A stretch of DNA of 64,000 nt, taken from Nymphaea colorata (taxonomy: Eukaryota). Position numbers and translations under genes: made by a program. The DNA is taken from assembly GCF_008831285.2 (NCBI RefSeq), contig NC_045138.2, forward strand, positions 41,540,001-41,604,000, read 5' to 3'. The notes under the pieces are model-generated. The model made no database searches, was not told the DNA's origin, and saw nothing but the letters and a program-made list of their open reading frames with translations. The number at the start of each line of letters is the position of its first letter. Position 1 is the first letter of the stretch. Below are positions 23,660 through 37,800 of the stretch, in pieces.

Positions 23660-25141
23660 TTATGAGTTTCCAGCAAAGTGGTTGAAAATGGTCTCCAATG
23701 TGGATTGGCTGATACTGTACTCTGATATTCCAAGTTTGCTCCTGGTAATGTTCTTCTAGCTTAGACATTACACAAAATCAGAAAAAGATGTAAATAGCAG
23801 TGCAGACCAAATATACCTATTTCGCTCCAGGTGTCCAAAGATTTCAGCAAGAGAAGAATCCTCTCCATATGGCAACTGAGGACAATTTTGTATCAGCACA
23901 TTTCAGCAGATACATAGCTGGATGCAAATACCACAAAAAAGTACAAACTCCACCAATATGCAGAAGCATTAAGGAGTGGCACCAGTGTTACATAATACAT
24001 ATAAAGGAGAAAGAAAGAGTCTGAGTAGATTTCACCATCACGGAATCATTTTCACATTCATATTAACAATTCATGATCTGTATTACTCAGTAAATGTAAT
24101 TCTGGTGTTAAAGGAAACAAAATTTCATTAAAAATGACATCAATGTAACATAAATATTTGCATTTAAGAACTTCCTAACTTGCATTAGGTGAACTTTGGA
24201 ACAAACAACGTGAACAACGTGGAAGTAATGACACGAAAAGACTACCAAGCATGAGCATATAATTTCAAGTCTATAAAGAACCTGAAATCACATACCTGAT
24301 ACTTGATGTTAAGACCACTGAGCCCTTGAAATATTGCTCCATGAAACGTGGAAAGGATAAAAGAATCAATCAGTGAATATTTCTCCTCAGCCAACCACCA
24401 CTCTGAAAATATTCTTAATGGAATACCACCTATCCATACGTCCAGAAAACAACTTAGAACCTACAGCAACTATACTCAATAATTGCGTCTGACAAATATA
24501 AAAAAAAAAAAAGGAAATTAAGATAATAACATACAATACAATTTTACAGGTCACCAGGCCGTACACATGCAGTACAAACCCAACAGTTGGGTCAATTCGA
24601 CTAGTTGAAACAAGAGAGAAAACATTGTGCACGAAAGTAACCCGCTATATTCAGCACAGGCACGTGAATTGATGGAAAATAATGGGTCTTACATGTGTCT
24701 TCTTCAATCTACAACTACAATATCTTCATCTGGTCCTAGCAAACTGTCCTCTTCCATTCAGGTAAAAAATTTAGAGATTCCCTCATCAATGAAAAAAATA
24801 GATATCTGGCGCACTCATTAGAGGAACTTTAGTTCCTTTTGGCCTTAAGCTGCATAAATACCAGCAAAATATAGCTTCTGAAATCTGCAGCCAAATCATA
24901 TTTTTGAAGAAACCAACAACTTGGCACAGTGACGGTGCCACCATATGAAAAAGGCAAAAAAAAAAAAAAAGTAAAGTGAAGGACTGGCACAAGAAAGAAA
25001 AAAATCACAGCCATTTTCTCCACCACTCTTATATGTTGATATCTGTCACATGGGCATGAGGTGCAGGTACGAGTGCAGGAGCATGCCGGTGTAGGTGCGG
25101 CAAAAATTTCGAAAAAAAACCTAGGTGCAATTACAACAATG

Positions 25142-25183
<42 letters not shown>

Positions 25184-28100
25184 TGTTGATAGATTGTGTG
25201 TTTCGGGTCCGGATCCATACCCGACCCGCCTTGTAGCCCGTTTTGGGCTCTACTTAAGTCATGTAACCCTAATCCTTAAGTGTTAATGATAATCTTAAGA
25301 GAAAGAGAGTCTGGCTGCTAGTGGGCACCAACTCCTCCTCATTCGTGGTTTTTTCTCCCTCGTGTTGAGGGTTTTCCACGTTACATCGTGATCATTGTTT
25401 CTCTTCGTCTTCTTCTTGTTCGTATTTCTACATGGTATCATAGCCGTGAAGTTCCGGCGTTTCTGGTTTGTCTTTTGCCCGTGTTGGAGGAGGATTCGCC
25501 CGACACTGTTCATCGCCCGTGCCCGACGCTCGTGCCCGAGCTTCGCTCGACACCTGTGCCCGACGCTCGTGCCCGGGCTTCGTCTGTCGCCCAGCGCCGC
25601 CCTGATCAGCGCCGCTCAGGATTCCTGTTCAGCCGCTTCCGCCCAGCGACGCCCTGTCCAGCGGCGTTCCTCTCTGTCAACCGACGCATCGCCCACCGCC
25701 GTGCCTTTTTTCCGGCTCCGCGCCGCTCTGCCTGGTTCCGGCGGTTTATTTCCGCCCAGCGCCGCGCCGCTCTGCCTGGTTCCGGCGGTCTGTTTCCGCC
25801 CAGCGCCGCGCCGCTCTGCCTCGTTTTTTTTCTCCGGCGCTGCCTCTCTGTTGCTGTCTCTTCCGCCGATGAGGTTTAGGCATTCTCCGTTTTGTCCGTT
25901 GCCTGCTCTCTGCCTTTTTTGGTGTTGTATTGTGCTGTTGCTCCCTGCTGCCCTTGCTGCCTACTGGGCTTCTCCCGTAGCTAGACTGGTCTGTGATTAT
26001 GGCAGCCTCTTCCTCGTCAACCGTCAACACCAATCCCACTGAAATAGGGGCTTTTAGAACTGAGAATGTTCCCATGCAGGTCATCACTCTTCGCCTCACC
26101 AAGGAGAATTATTTCTCGTGGTCGCCTGCTATGACTATGGGGATTGCTAGCCGTGGTCGCATGGGCAACCCCGAACCAGCAAGAACAAGTGATGTGTGGC
26201 ATACTTGGTTTCTTGAGGATAATCAAGTGAAAACTTGGATTGTCAATTCCGTTTCCGCCGATATTCAGCCCCTTATCCTTCGGAAGAAGACTGCTAGAGA
26301 CATGTGGGTGGTCCTCGAGCAAATGTATGGCCAAAAGAAGACCGCAATTCGTACTTACCAAGTAATGAAGACAGTCTATGGCATTCGACAAGGGAACTCG
26401 TCTGTTGCAGAGTACTATGGGGCTTTGAAAGCCAAGTGGGAAGAGCTTGACTATCATTCTGATATTCCTTGGCATTGTCCCCATGATCAGGCGCTCTATG
26501 TTGCTCATGAATGGGAAAACAGGGTGTTCCTATTTTTAGCAGGTTTAAATGATGAGTTTGAAAGTGTTCGAAGCCAGATTCTGAATTCAGGGGAGGTGTC
26601 CAGTATTGAAGATGTGTACTCCTGTATTGAAGCGGAAGAACAGAGGAGGCTTGTTACAAAAGACGGGAAGAAGGAACTTGTGCCCTATAACGAGAGATCC
26701 GCTCTCGTGAGTCGTGGTCCTGGCGGCTCGTCTAGATCCCTTCGCCGGTGCACTCACTGCAAGAAGACAAGTCACACCGTGGATTATTGTTGGGATCTTC
26801 ATCCAGAAAAGAAGGGAAACAAAGGGAGATCTTCGATTGGGAGAACGCCTGTGTCTGAGGTGCAAGCATCCAGTGGAGAAAAAGTCTCCATTTCTGCTGA
26901 CCAGCTTCGTGAACTAAGGGCTTATTTGGGCAGGATCGATGTCAACAAGATTGAGACCTCAGAGGGAACTACAGCTAATCATGCTCTCGCGGTTATTGGC
27001 AATCAAGGTAACTCTTCTGTGGGGGAATGGATTGTCGATAGTGGTGCTACTCATCACATGACAAGTAATCCAAAATTGTTTCATGAGTATAAGTTGTCCT
27101 CGGGAAAGGAACGTGTTTCTCTTGCAGATGGTTCCTCTACCTGTGTGGCAGGCGAAGGCACTCTGTCCTTGTTGGACAAATTTCATGTGCAGGGCGCTTT
27201 ACATGTTCCCCAGTTTCCTTTAAATCTCTTATCAGTCAGTAGACTTACTAAAGAATTGAATTGTGAACTTATATTCTCTGCCGATCGTTGTGTTTTGCAG
27301 GACTTGGTGACAGGGAAGAGGATTGAGATTGGTTTAGCTTCTGATGGATTATATCGTCTTCCCATACGTGTGGCTACTGCTCTGTTGACAGCGATCCGCA
27401 AGACAGATAAGAGAAGAAAAGATTGTCTTCAGTCTTTTATGTACTGGCATGAACGTTTTGGGCATTTACCTTTTGGGATTTTGAAACATTTGTTTCCAGA
27501 CTTGTGTTCCTCCTTTGATTTGTCTTCCATTTCTTGTGATGTTTGTCAGTTTGCCAAACATGTGAGGGCTTCGTACCCTCTTTCTTCTAGTTGTGCTAAT
27601 GAAGCTTTTTCCCTGATTCACTCTGATGTATGGGGACCTTCGGGCATTCATACCCGTCAAGGTTTCCAGTATTTTATCACTTTCATTGATGATTTCTCTC
27701 GTGCTACATTTATATACTTGTTAAAAGACCGCAGCGAGGTTCCTCGCATCATAGAGACATTTATTCTTCTTGTGCATACCCAGTATGGTGCGAATGTTAA
27801 AACTTTCAGGTCCGATAATGCCCGTGAGTACATGTGTCAGCTTGTTGAGGAGTTTCTTAGACAACAGGGGATTGTTCACGAGACATCCTGTAGTTACACC
27901 CTCCCTCAAAATGGGATAGCTGAAAGGAAAAATCGTCAACTTCTTAATGTCACCAGGGCTCTTTTGTTTCAGAGAAATCTTCCTAAACACTATTGGGGTG
28001 ATGCAGTTCTTACTAGTGCCTATCTTATTAACCGCATGCCCAATCGTGTTTTGAATGGTAGGACTCCCCACTCGTTGCTTCCTGGCAGTCGTCCACCATT

Positions 28101-31100
28101 TCCTCTTCCTCCTCGTGTTTTTGGTTGTGTATGTTTTATCCATGATCACAGTCCAAATGTCAAGAAACTTGATCCTAGGTCTATCAAAAGGTGTCTTTGT
28201 TGGATACTCCCCTACGCAAAAAGGATACAAATGTATTGATCCTATTATTGGTCGAGCTTATGTTACGAGGGATGTTACCTTCTTGGAACATGCCTCTTAC
28301 TTTGGTGCGAATCCTCTTCAGGGGGAGCAGTCTGTGGGCAGGGAAGAGTATTCTCAGAGACAGGAACTTCAGTTTATAGATTTTTTGGACTACAAGAAAG
28401 CAGAATCACTTAATACTGTTGATGTGCCTGAGAAGGAGGAAAGGGGTGACAATAGCATTGAGAAGGAAGGCCCTCAGTTGTTTGGAGTCTTTGGACAGTT
28501 CTACTCTAGACGAGGTACTCGGACAGAGGTGATGACTTGTGATGCTAGATCTACTTCCAATCCCAATGCCACTCCTTCCCTGGATGAACCAAGTCCTACC
28601 AAGGAGACCGTGGAGACTCATGATGAGGTTGAAAAGAAGAATGACGATCTTCCCATTGCCCTGAGAAAGGGTGTCAGGTCATGTACTCAACACCCCATTG
28701 GTAATTTTGTTTCTTATTCCAGACTTGGGAAAGATTACAAGTGCTTTGTTTCTACTCTCTCTTTGGCTGTGATTCTCAGGACTGTCGCTGAAGCTCAAAG
28801 TGACTCCAAGTGGGCTGATGCAATGAAAGAAGAAATAGATGCCCTAAGAAGAAACTTGACATGGGAAGTGGTGAAGATTCCTGAAGCCGCTCACCTAGTT
28901 GGATCCAAATGGGTGTATACCATCAAGTACAAACCAGATGGGAGTGTTGAAAGATATAAAGCTCGACTTGTGGCCAAGGGGTTTAGCCAGAAATATGGAA
29001 TTGATTACTTGGAAACCTTTGCTCCTGTTGCGAAAATGAAGACTGTGAGGGTGGTTATATCCCTAGCTGTGATGAAGGAGTGGAAGATGTATCAACTGGA
29101 TGTTAAGAATGCATTCCTCAATGGTGACCTCGAAGAAGAAGTATATATGCATATGTCTCCAGGATATGAAGAACCAGAAAAGTGTTGTAAGCTGAAAAAG
29201 ACCTTGTATGGCCTTAAGCAATCGCCCAGAGCGTGGTTTGAACGACTGAGAAGAGTGATGATACGTCATAGATACAAACAAGGAAATGAAGATCACACTC
29301 TGTTTGTGAAGAAGAAGGAGAGCAGGGTTACTCTCCTGCTCGTCTACGTAGATGACATGATTGTTACTGGAGATGATGAGGAGGAGATTATCAAGCTAAA
29401 AGGGTTACTGGCTACAGAATTCGACCTCAAAGATCTTGGCAAGCTAAGGTATTTTCTTGGTATGAAGGTTGCTAAGTCTAGTACTGGTCTTGTACTAAAC
29501 CAAAGGAAATATACATTAGATCTGCTGGAAGAAACGGGTAAATTGGGATGTAGACCTACTCCTACCCCTTTTGACACTGGGCACAAGTTGAGTCTTAGAG
29601 ATGGAGAGCCTCTCTGTGAAGAAGACAAGGGAAGATATCAACATTTGGTTGGGAAGCTAATTTATCTTACTCTCACGAGACCTGATATCACCTTTGCGGT
29701 GAATGTTTTGAGCCAATTCATGCATGCGCCAACCGATGCACATCTGAAGGCTGTGGACAGAGTGCTATGCTACCTGAAGAAAAATCCTGGTAAGGGACTC
29801 CTGTATGTGAAACAAGAGACTGTGAAAATCGAGGGCTATTCTGTTGCGGATTGGGCAGGTTGTGGTGATACCAGACGATCCACTACAGGGTATTGTGTCT
29901 ACTTGGGAGGAAACCTTGTTGTATGGAGGAGCAAGAGACAGGATGTTTGCTCTAGATCCAGTGCAGAGGCAGAATATAGGGCAGTTGCTATGGGAGTGTC
30001 AGAGTTATTATGGTTGAAGATATTGTTGACTGACATTGGAATAAAGATTGAATGACCTATGAAGATGTACTGTGATAACAAGTCTGCAATCAACTTAGCC
30101 AACAACCCTGTTCTTCACGACAGAACAAAACATATTGAAATTGATCGTCACTTCATTCGGGAAAGGATTGATGCAAAAGAGTTGATCTTACCTTACATGA
30201 AGTCTGAAGAGGAATGTATCCAAGTTGGGCATGTTTGATATGTATGCCCAACTTGAGGGGGAGTGTTGATAGATTGTGTGTTTCGGGTCCGGATCTATAC
30301 CCGACCCGCCTTGTAGCCCGTTTTGGGCTCTACTTAAGTCATGTAACCCTAATCCTTAAGTGTTAATGATAATCTTAAGAGAGAGAGAGTCTGGCTGCTA
30401 GTGGGCACCAACTCCTCCTCATTCGTGGTTTTTTCTCCCTCGTGTTGAGGGTTTTCCACGTTACATCGTGATCATTGTTTCTCTTCGTCTTCTTCTTGTT
30501 CGTATTTCTACATATATAAATATATATAATACACAATTGTCCCTAAACAAGACAAAATTAGCAATTAACCGCCCAAAGTCACATTCTAGATTCCAAAATC
30601 TGTAGCATTCTATTTCTTTTATATAATATACACACTCTAGAGTCTGGTTTCAGATTTTACCATCTTACTGACAGCATAGGTAGGCATTAAGCAAGTAGCT
30701 GTTATATATCCAGTATTATAAGTTTATAACCATCAATATACAGCATATATTATATGTATAATTATTTAAGACTAATTAACAAAACTGGTAACATATATAT
30801 AGAACTTATAAACAGCATACATATATATAATTATATGACAGCACAGTACACGTATAGAAAACTTGTTCACCAATTAACAAACTTATAAACAGCAAAGCAA
30901 ATACAACCATATGCAGTATATAAATAGCATATACATATCCAGTATCAAACTGCAAAGTTGCAGTAAAATACAAAAATCAGTATGATGAAAATGCAGCAAA
31001 CAGTAAAAAACTGAATGTGTTTTTAGAAAAGCATTACTTTTTTCATAAAAAAATTGAAAAAGGGAAAAAATATCCTCAAAGCAGTTTGACCACACCCGAC

Positions 31101-34100
31101 TCGTTGGCTGACATGGGTAGGGTGCACACAAAAAATGGACAATTTTGGCCCGGTGAGGTTGACCACATTGGACACGCATTGACCACACCAACTGCCATGT
31201 CAGGGCTGCATGCACACTATAGCATTGTACTGACATGGGTACGGTGGTTGATTTGGTGAGTTAATGTGACAGGTTATTATGCAAGGAAAATAATCCCCCT
31301 TGAGGGAATTTAAACCACAAAGAAAAGGATAAATTTCTACGTGCATTTCTAGCACTGTCCCTCAAGCAGGGATAGAATGGAAAAAACAGAAATAAGGTCT
31401 TCCTTTCTGGGAAGGGAACCGGAGTGCCAATAAAGGCCAATTAAGTCTCATGGGTTATTAGACTTGAAGGTTTGAACATTAAAGATTGTAGGTTTTCCAA
31501 AGCAGTCATCTGTGGAATCAATTGCTGCATGAATCGAGTTGGAGGACCTTTAGAAAGGCTTAGTCAGGGTCTGGACAGGTCAGAGCAATAGTCAGACCAA
31601 AAAAAAAAAAAGTATAAATTGCCCCACTTTTCAGCAACACCTATATTCACCACTACATTCAGAACTTTAAGAACAATCTACATATTTACAGTGCAACTCT
31701 ATAAGTATAATAGACAATAATATTTATACACATTGAAAATATGAAAAAACAATATATACTAGACGGGTCAACTAGGTACTGTAACCCAAGTGAAAACCAG
31801 GATAGCCATCTGCAGCACCTAGATGCACGTTTGACTACAAAGATAGTGATTGTCAGCCTTTCACTAGGCTGGTAAGTGGTAGCTGCATTGAATAACGTTC
31901 ATTATGTACTAATATGCTTTTCGACAGAAATACTGCAAAGGACCAAATAAAAGGTTTATGGCCAATGCTGTTGAAAAGTGCAAGTATGGTTATATTAAAT
32001 AGGATAGTGATGTTTACATATACTGCTTTTTTTGGTTCAAACTTCAAACATAAGCAATATGTCAAGATTTCTACTAAAAGGGAGACAGAAGTAAAGGTTG
32101 CAAACATCAGCCTACGAGATGGACATCCATTGACTTTTAGGACAGGAGAGGGGTCAAGCTCAAGAAAAAAACATCCCACTCTTTATGACCCATGGGACTA
32201 CAGAATGATGTTGAGAAGTCTTTAAGGACTGGTAGATAGAAATAGTTCCAAGGGTTGTGACCCTGCAGTCTGTCAAATTCTAGGACTGCAATTGAAAAGC
32301 TCAATGTGGTGGGTTTAAATAGTGGTACTCTGGCAAGTAATCATTTTCAAGTTTCAAACAGATACTTGATTAAGACCTGCTGTAGTGCTTTGCTGTTACC
32401 AAGTGTTTCACATTCAATAATCAATATGAACAATGTTTCAGATAGAAAAATCAATTTAACCAACTCAAATGAACTTGTATAGGGAAATTACTTGATGAAC
32501 TTCATTCATATCCAATTTCACTAGATATATGTGAAGAATATAGCTCCATTTAGTAAACGAAACCAAACATTTAGAAAAGAAACAAAATGCCCTCATAACC
32601 AAAAAGGCAATGGGAGTACCATCACGAGCAAGCTGTTCTGACAATTGCTGACTGAAGACACCATCAGCAGCCAATCTTCCAGACAGAAGAGTCCTAACAC
32701 GGCTTTCATTTTCAAGGAAACGTCCAACAAAAGCTACCATTTCCTCTGATAGACATATTTCTGAAACATCTGCCGGAAGAATTAAGTCATTCCCTCCAAT
32801 ACATATTTCAAGATCATGAAGGACACCCTTTGGATGACAAGGAAAATCAGAGAGAAGCCCTTGAATTTTGCTGCAAAGATTGTCCAACTCACATCTAGTA
32901 ACATCGGTTGGCCTTACCTATTCGGAAGTACAGCAGATAAACTGTAAATGCACATCCTCTCCTAAAGTCATATTTATGTGCTTCTACAGGCAAAAAGTTA
33001 TTGATTGTATATACCTCCAATTCAAGATGATTGCCAAATCGAGTCTTTAGATGTTGTGGGCTTCCAATGCATTGAAGTCGTCCTCCAACCTTGAGAGATA
33101 AAGTACCAGAGATAACTTGGTCAACAAGTATGAACAAAACTAGCTTAAAGTACTGTCATTAAAACAATTGAAATTTTACCATTATCCCAATTCTCGTGCA
33201 AAGTGCTTGTGCTTCACTCATGCTATGCGTTGTCAGAAGAACAGCTGTTTTTCCTTGGCGTGTAGATAAGTGAGAGATCACATTCCACATGAACCTTTTG
33301 GCAATTGGATCCATACCTGAAAACAGTTAAATACAAGAAATGGAATGACAATAAGCCAAAGAAAACATTTAGTATGCAATAATCATAAAGATTTGACATT
33401 AAATGGAACACTTTGAAGGCAACAAAAACTTGCCATGGGAACATGACTTGTTGAGATGGGAACATTTTATTTGATACATCTTCTATATTGGATAAAAAAC
33501 TGATCAAGTCAAGAAAGTTCCTGTAACATACATGTCCACTAAATACCATATATAGAGGGTTTATCACATAATATGGAGAAATGCCCAATGACTAGAGGGA
33601 ACAGTTTTTATTCCATTGGAAAATTTAGCAACTCTCACAATATCGTTTTGGCCAGCAAGTATTACACAGGACAAGTTCAGGATTCATTTAGATTGAGTCC
33701 TCCCCTTTTTCCAGAATAGCCATGCTCATACTCCTGATCTAAATTAACTTTCGGACATAGTGAATCCCTCAGGTGCTTTGTCCAGGTGAAATCTAGACAA
33801 CTTCACCGCAACGCAACATCTGCTAAAAATTGTTGTTGCTGGAAGTATATGGTTCACAAGCTCTATCCACTTTATTGACTGCATGTATCTTTTGCATGAT
33901 CAGGGATAATCAGTGACAGACTGCCTCATCATATAGAAATTTGACTGACATACTTGCCCCAGGAATTGTAGAAAAAAATATTTAAACATAGGCCTGGGCC
34001 CTTAACATAGTTAAGAACATTGTCACAAAAAACGCGTATTATTCAAACAAAAACAAAAACGCATAACGGAAGAAATAAGTCAGCCGTATAAAAGGGCAAT

Positions 34101-34820
34101 TAGATGCATCTTTTAAAAAAAAACCAGAAAATAAAAAACGTGAAAAAAATTGCTATACGTTTTTTTTTGTGTTTCTTCGTATTTTTTTATTAAATTTTAT
34201 TTTTTATAATTTTCAGGATTTATTAAATGTTTTATATTTTAAAAAAATCGCCAAGATTTTCCCGAGATATACAACTTTGCCGTATTATACCCGAGAAATT
34301 TCTCGCCATATAATACCCGTACACGTTATATGTGACAATGGTTAAGAACTCAAGATTTTCAATAGTGGGTTTAGAAGTTCTTTCACAAAGCAGGCAGAAG
34401 ACACCTGCTAAGAGAAAAGGAAGATATAGGTAATCTTAAGGTGACACATAACATAAGCAGGTATATCGATTAAGCAACACTCTGGAAACAGCTAGTGCAT
34501 ATAAAAAGCTTGACAGAAAGGAGAGGAAAAATTGGTAAACTCAAAAGAAGTGATTATTGATATTAGTTATCATAAAAATAAGAACTGAAAAGAAAAGAAA
34601 AATATGGTACTAGAAGCTGATCACAGATGAAACCTGCAGATGGCTCATCTAATATGACTATCGGTGGATCCCCAATCATAGCTATTGCAACAGACAGCTT
34701 CCTCTTGTTTCCCCCACTTAAATAACATGATGGTTTGTTAGCTTGTTTCCAAAGATCAAACTCTGTAAGCTTCTCCTCCACAACCTATTGTATGAAAAGT
34801 AAGCAATAGTTCATTTTCCA

Positions 34821-34857
<37 letters not shown>

Positions 34858-37800
34858 GAGAGAGAGACAGAGAGCCACAGAGAGAAGCTCCTTACATCAT
34901 CTATTCTATTTCCAGGGACACCTTTGATTCGTGCATAGAGTTCAAGATGCTCTTGGACAGTCAAAAGTTCTAGCAGTGCATCAAATTGGGGGCAGTACCC
35001 AACCTTTTGAGAAGTCAAACAATGACAAGTTAACTATTTTATGGTGCAAACATCCTATGTGAACTGGATATAAAATCCCAAAATTGATGAGATTTACTTC
35101 TTACATTTTGACATGCAGCTTTGGGGTTTATGCGAATATCAATACCAAAAATGTATGCTGTTCCATCAGTTGGGCATTCTTCACCTAGATCAGGCAAGGA
35201 TAAGTTAATGAAATACATTCAAAGATTACACAACGCATCATTTCACATTCTTTCCTTTTGTTCCAATAGGCATATCATGATTTCTTTTAATCTTTTTTTT
35301 TTAAATGAAAGACATAGTATCTATAAGGAAGAATTCGTATTGTTTGTACAATGTCCATTGCTGAATGTTCAATTTGCATGCATCAACCACGAAAGTCAAT
35401 CTATTTATGACCTGGACATGTCAATCATTCAACTACGAATGTCTCACAGAAACTTATCAGCAATGGGATGCCTTCTGCAAACGGATTTCAATTGAAATAT
35501 AATTTTTCCTTTAGAAGAATATTGAGAATTGATCCTTAACTTTTGAAGTGAGAAAGATATTGATAGAGATCAAGAATTCTCACATGCCTCAATGATATTT
35601 TTCACTCAATTTTTTCCACCAAGAACATTTTGTGAAACTCCTCTCTCCTCTCCCCTTTCCCCCCAAAAAAGGATGTAGTTGCAAAGTTAATAAACAAGAT
35701 CAACAACAATGATTGTTGCTACCTGACAGCATTCGCAATGTTGTTGTTTTTCCAGCTCCATTTGTTCCAAGGAAGCCAAAACATTCCCCTTCTTGAACAG
35801 CAAAGCATAAATTATCAACAGCAATTTTTGCGAAATCTTGCCTTCCACCAGAATACACCTGATATAGAACAATGGCAATAAAAACATTAACGAACATGAG
35901 ATATTTAATTAGTTAAAAAATATGATATCATATTAAATATAGAGGAAATTACCTTGCAAAGATTGGATAAGCGAATTATACTGTTTTTAGCAGCACCAGA
36001 GAGGACCCTATGTCTTTCAGCTTGAACATCTACATCCTCATCAAACCCACATTTATGACACTCTAGAGATGATCTCAATCTCATCAGTGGCTCCAGTGTA
36101 CCCTCGGGGATATCACGAATAGAACCTTCTATTATTTGTCTCCACCAACTTGTTTCTTTGCAAAACTCCAACTTGTGCCAAGGCAGAAGTTCAATCCCAA
36201 GAACCAAAGCAAAATAAATGATACTCTGCCGTCAGAAAAATGAAACTGATAAGAGAACCACTGAACCATGTGATAAACACAGATAGTTTGAAACTAGAGG
36301 TGTCACTAGAAGACCAAAGCAGGCAAGATAAACACACATTTCAATTCTCACTTGAGAGAGATTAAGGATAGGTGGAATGAAGGGAACAAAAGCATGTGTA
36401 GGTAATGTTTTATAGTGACATCATCTCACTCAAGGACATAGCACCCAGTGAAGAACAATTTCCTAGGTGCTGCTGGTAGCATAGTTGTACGTATCGTACG
36501 ATATGAGGTCGTATCGTACGATACGTATCGTCGCGTTTCAAAAATGCGGTACGATACACCACTTGTATCGTATGTTACGATATAGGCACCGTATCGTACG
36601 ATACAGTTACGATATGGAACGATACAGTTACGATACAACTACGATACTTTACGATACAGTTACAATACACTAATTTTTACTGATTTTTTGAGAATTGTTT
36701 TTATTTTTTTGATTAATTTTTGTTTTTTTAAAAAAAATACAATACAATTACGATATTTTACGATACAACGTATCTTAAAGTCAGACCGATACGACTTAAG
36801 ATACACTATTTACAACATTGGCTGGCAGTATAAAACCCCAAGCTCAAGACCCTCAATCCCAAGGCCTATGGACCTATGGTTGCTTCAGTTTTGCGCAAAC
36901 AGTGCATGCTCATGAGACCTCTCAAACCTCATCATCGGCATGTCATATGACAGAATGGCATGCTCTCAATTAATCCCTGACCCACACAACATAAGGGCCT
37001 CATGCAACTAAAGGGAAAAGCATTCAAGTCCTTATCTCTCGAGTACTAGTTAGCAGAGCCACATTCAATTTCAAGCACTTAGTGTACTATAATTTTAGCC
37101 ACTCTTTGGATATGACATAACCTTAAATGTTTTCACTTTTCATCAGTTTGGTCCTGAATATTAACTGGTGAAGTTGCTAGTGAGTTTTAAAAAGTAAAAC
37201 ACACCAATCATCGTGCAACCAAGACATTCTTTGCAAGTTAAAGAGACATGCTAAAGCTGCTTATGTGAATCTTTTAACCCTAGTATGTCCTATTTTATCA
37301 ATGTGAAATTAGAAGGAAAGCATAGGATCTTATCTTTCTAACACAAGAATCACATTAAACCAATTACCACACCAAAAGGCTATCAGCCAAACAAATTGAA
37401 TCATTCAATGACAACCAAGATTGTATTTGAAGGTTTTCTAACAACAATGAACAATGTATATTTAACTAGAGACAAACTACATGTAACTCTTTACTTAAAT
37501 AAGGAGGATATTACTTCACAACCTTCCAAAACATCACCTTCTTGAGAAAAATTACCGTGTGAAATTCAAAAATCTTAAGTTGTACACTTCACATAAACAG
37601 TCAAGAGAGTAATGCTTAGAATTCTAGCTAATTAGGAGGGATAATAAGCATGATATTTGGTTTGGATATGTTCATTGAGTCCAACCATTTGTTCCTTTTT
37701 CTTTTTCACTTTTCACTTGATTTTGTAATAAACTTACCTAATGTTCAACCAGCACTAGCAGAGGTATAACAATTACATGCAGGGATAAACAGGTGGAAAT

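Larger units (their letters stand above)
25184..30512 (+). mobile_element. Full-length Ty1/copia LTR retrotransposon (short LTRs, Ale/Retrofit-like), defective, antisense within ABCA1 intron 37
   Basis: TG...CA LTRs at 25184-25432 and 30264-30512 (249 bp each, 2 mismatches). TATAT flanks both ends. tRNA-Met-type primer-binding site TGGTATCATAGCC at 25433-25445; polypurine tract GAGGGGGAG at 30255-30263. Domain order gag-PR-INT-RT-RNaseH is copia-type. Confidence 0.96.
25043..31272. mobile_element. Degenerate hAT-type MITE (about 0.9 kb when empty) interrupted by the copia insertion
   Basis: Termini CTGTCACAT (25043) and ATGTGACAG (31272); flanks GTTGATAT / GTTATTAT match 6 of 8. The left arm resembles the 13638 MITE (GGTAC/GGTGC repeats, then (GT)n(TA)n). 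Confidence 0.55.

Noticed and set aside
24690..24890. Exon-like minus-strand segment with splice signals in ABCA1 intron 37
   Set aside because: Contains stop codons and is not needed for frame continuity between exons 37 and 38; no support without RNA data.
25388..26102. ORFs of 163, 215 and 118 aa in the retrotransposon leader
   Set aside because: Explained by stop-poor GC-rich tandem repeats; the translations are repetitive and lack domains.
36480..36820. Regular short repeats resembling a CRISPR array or satellite
   Set aside because: No repeat-spacer structure; bounded by TIRs and an 8-bp TSD, so it is a MITE in a eukaryotic intron.
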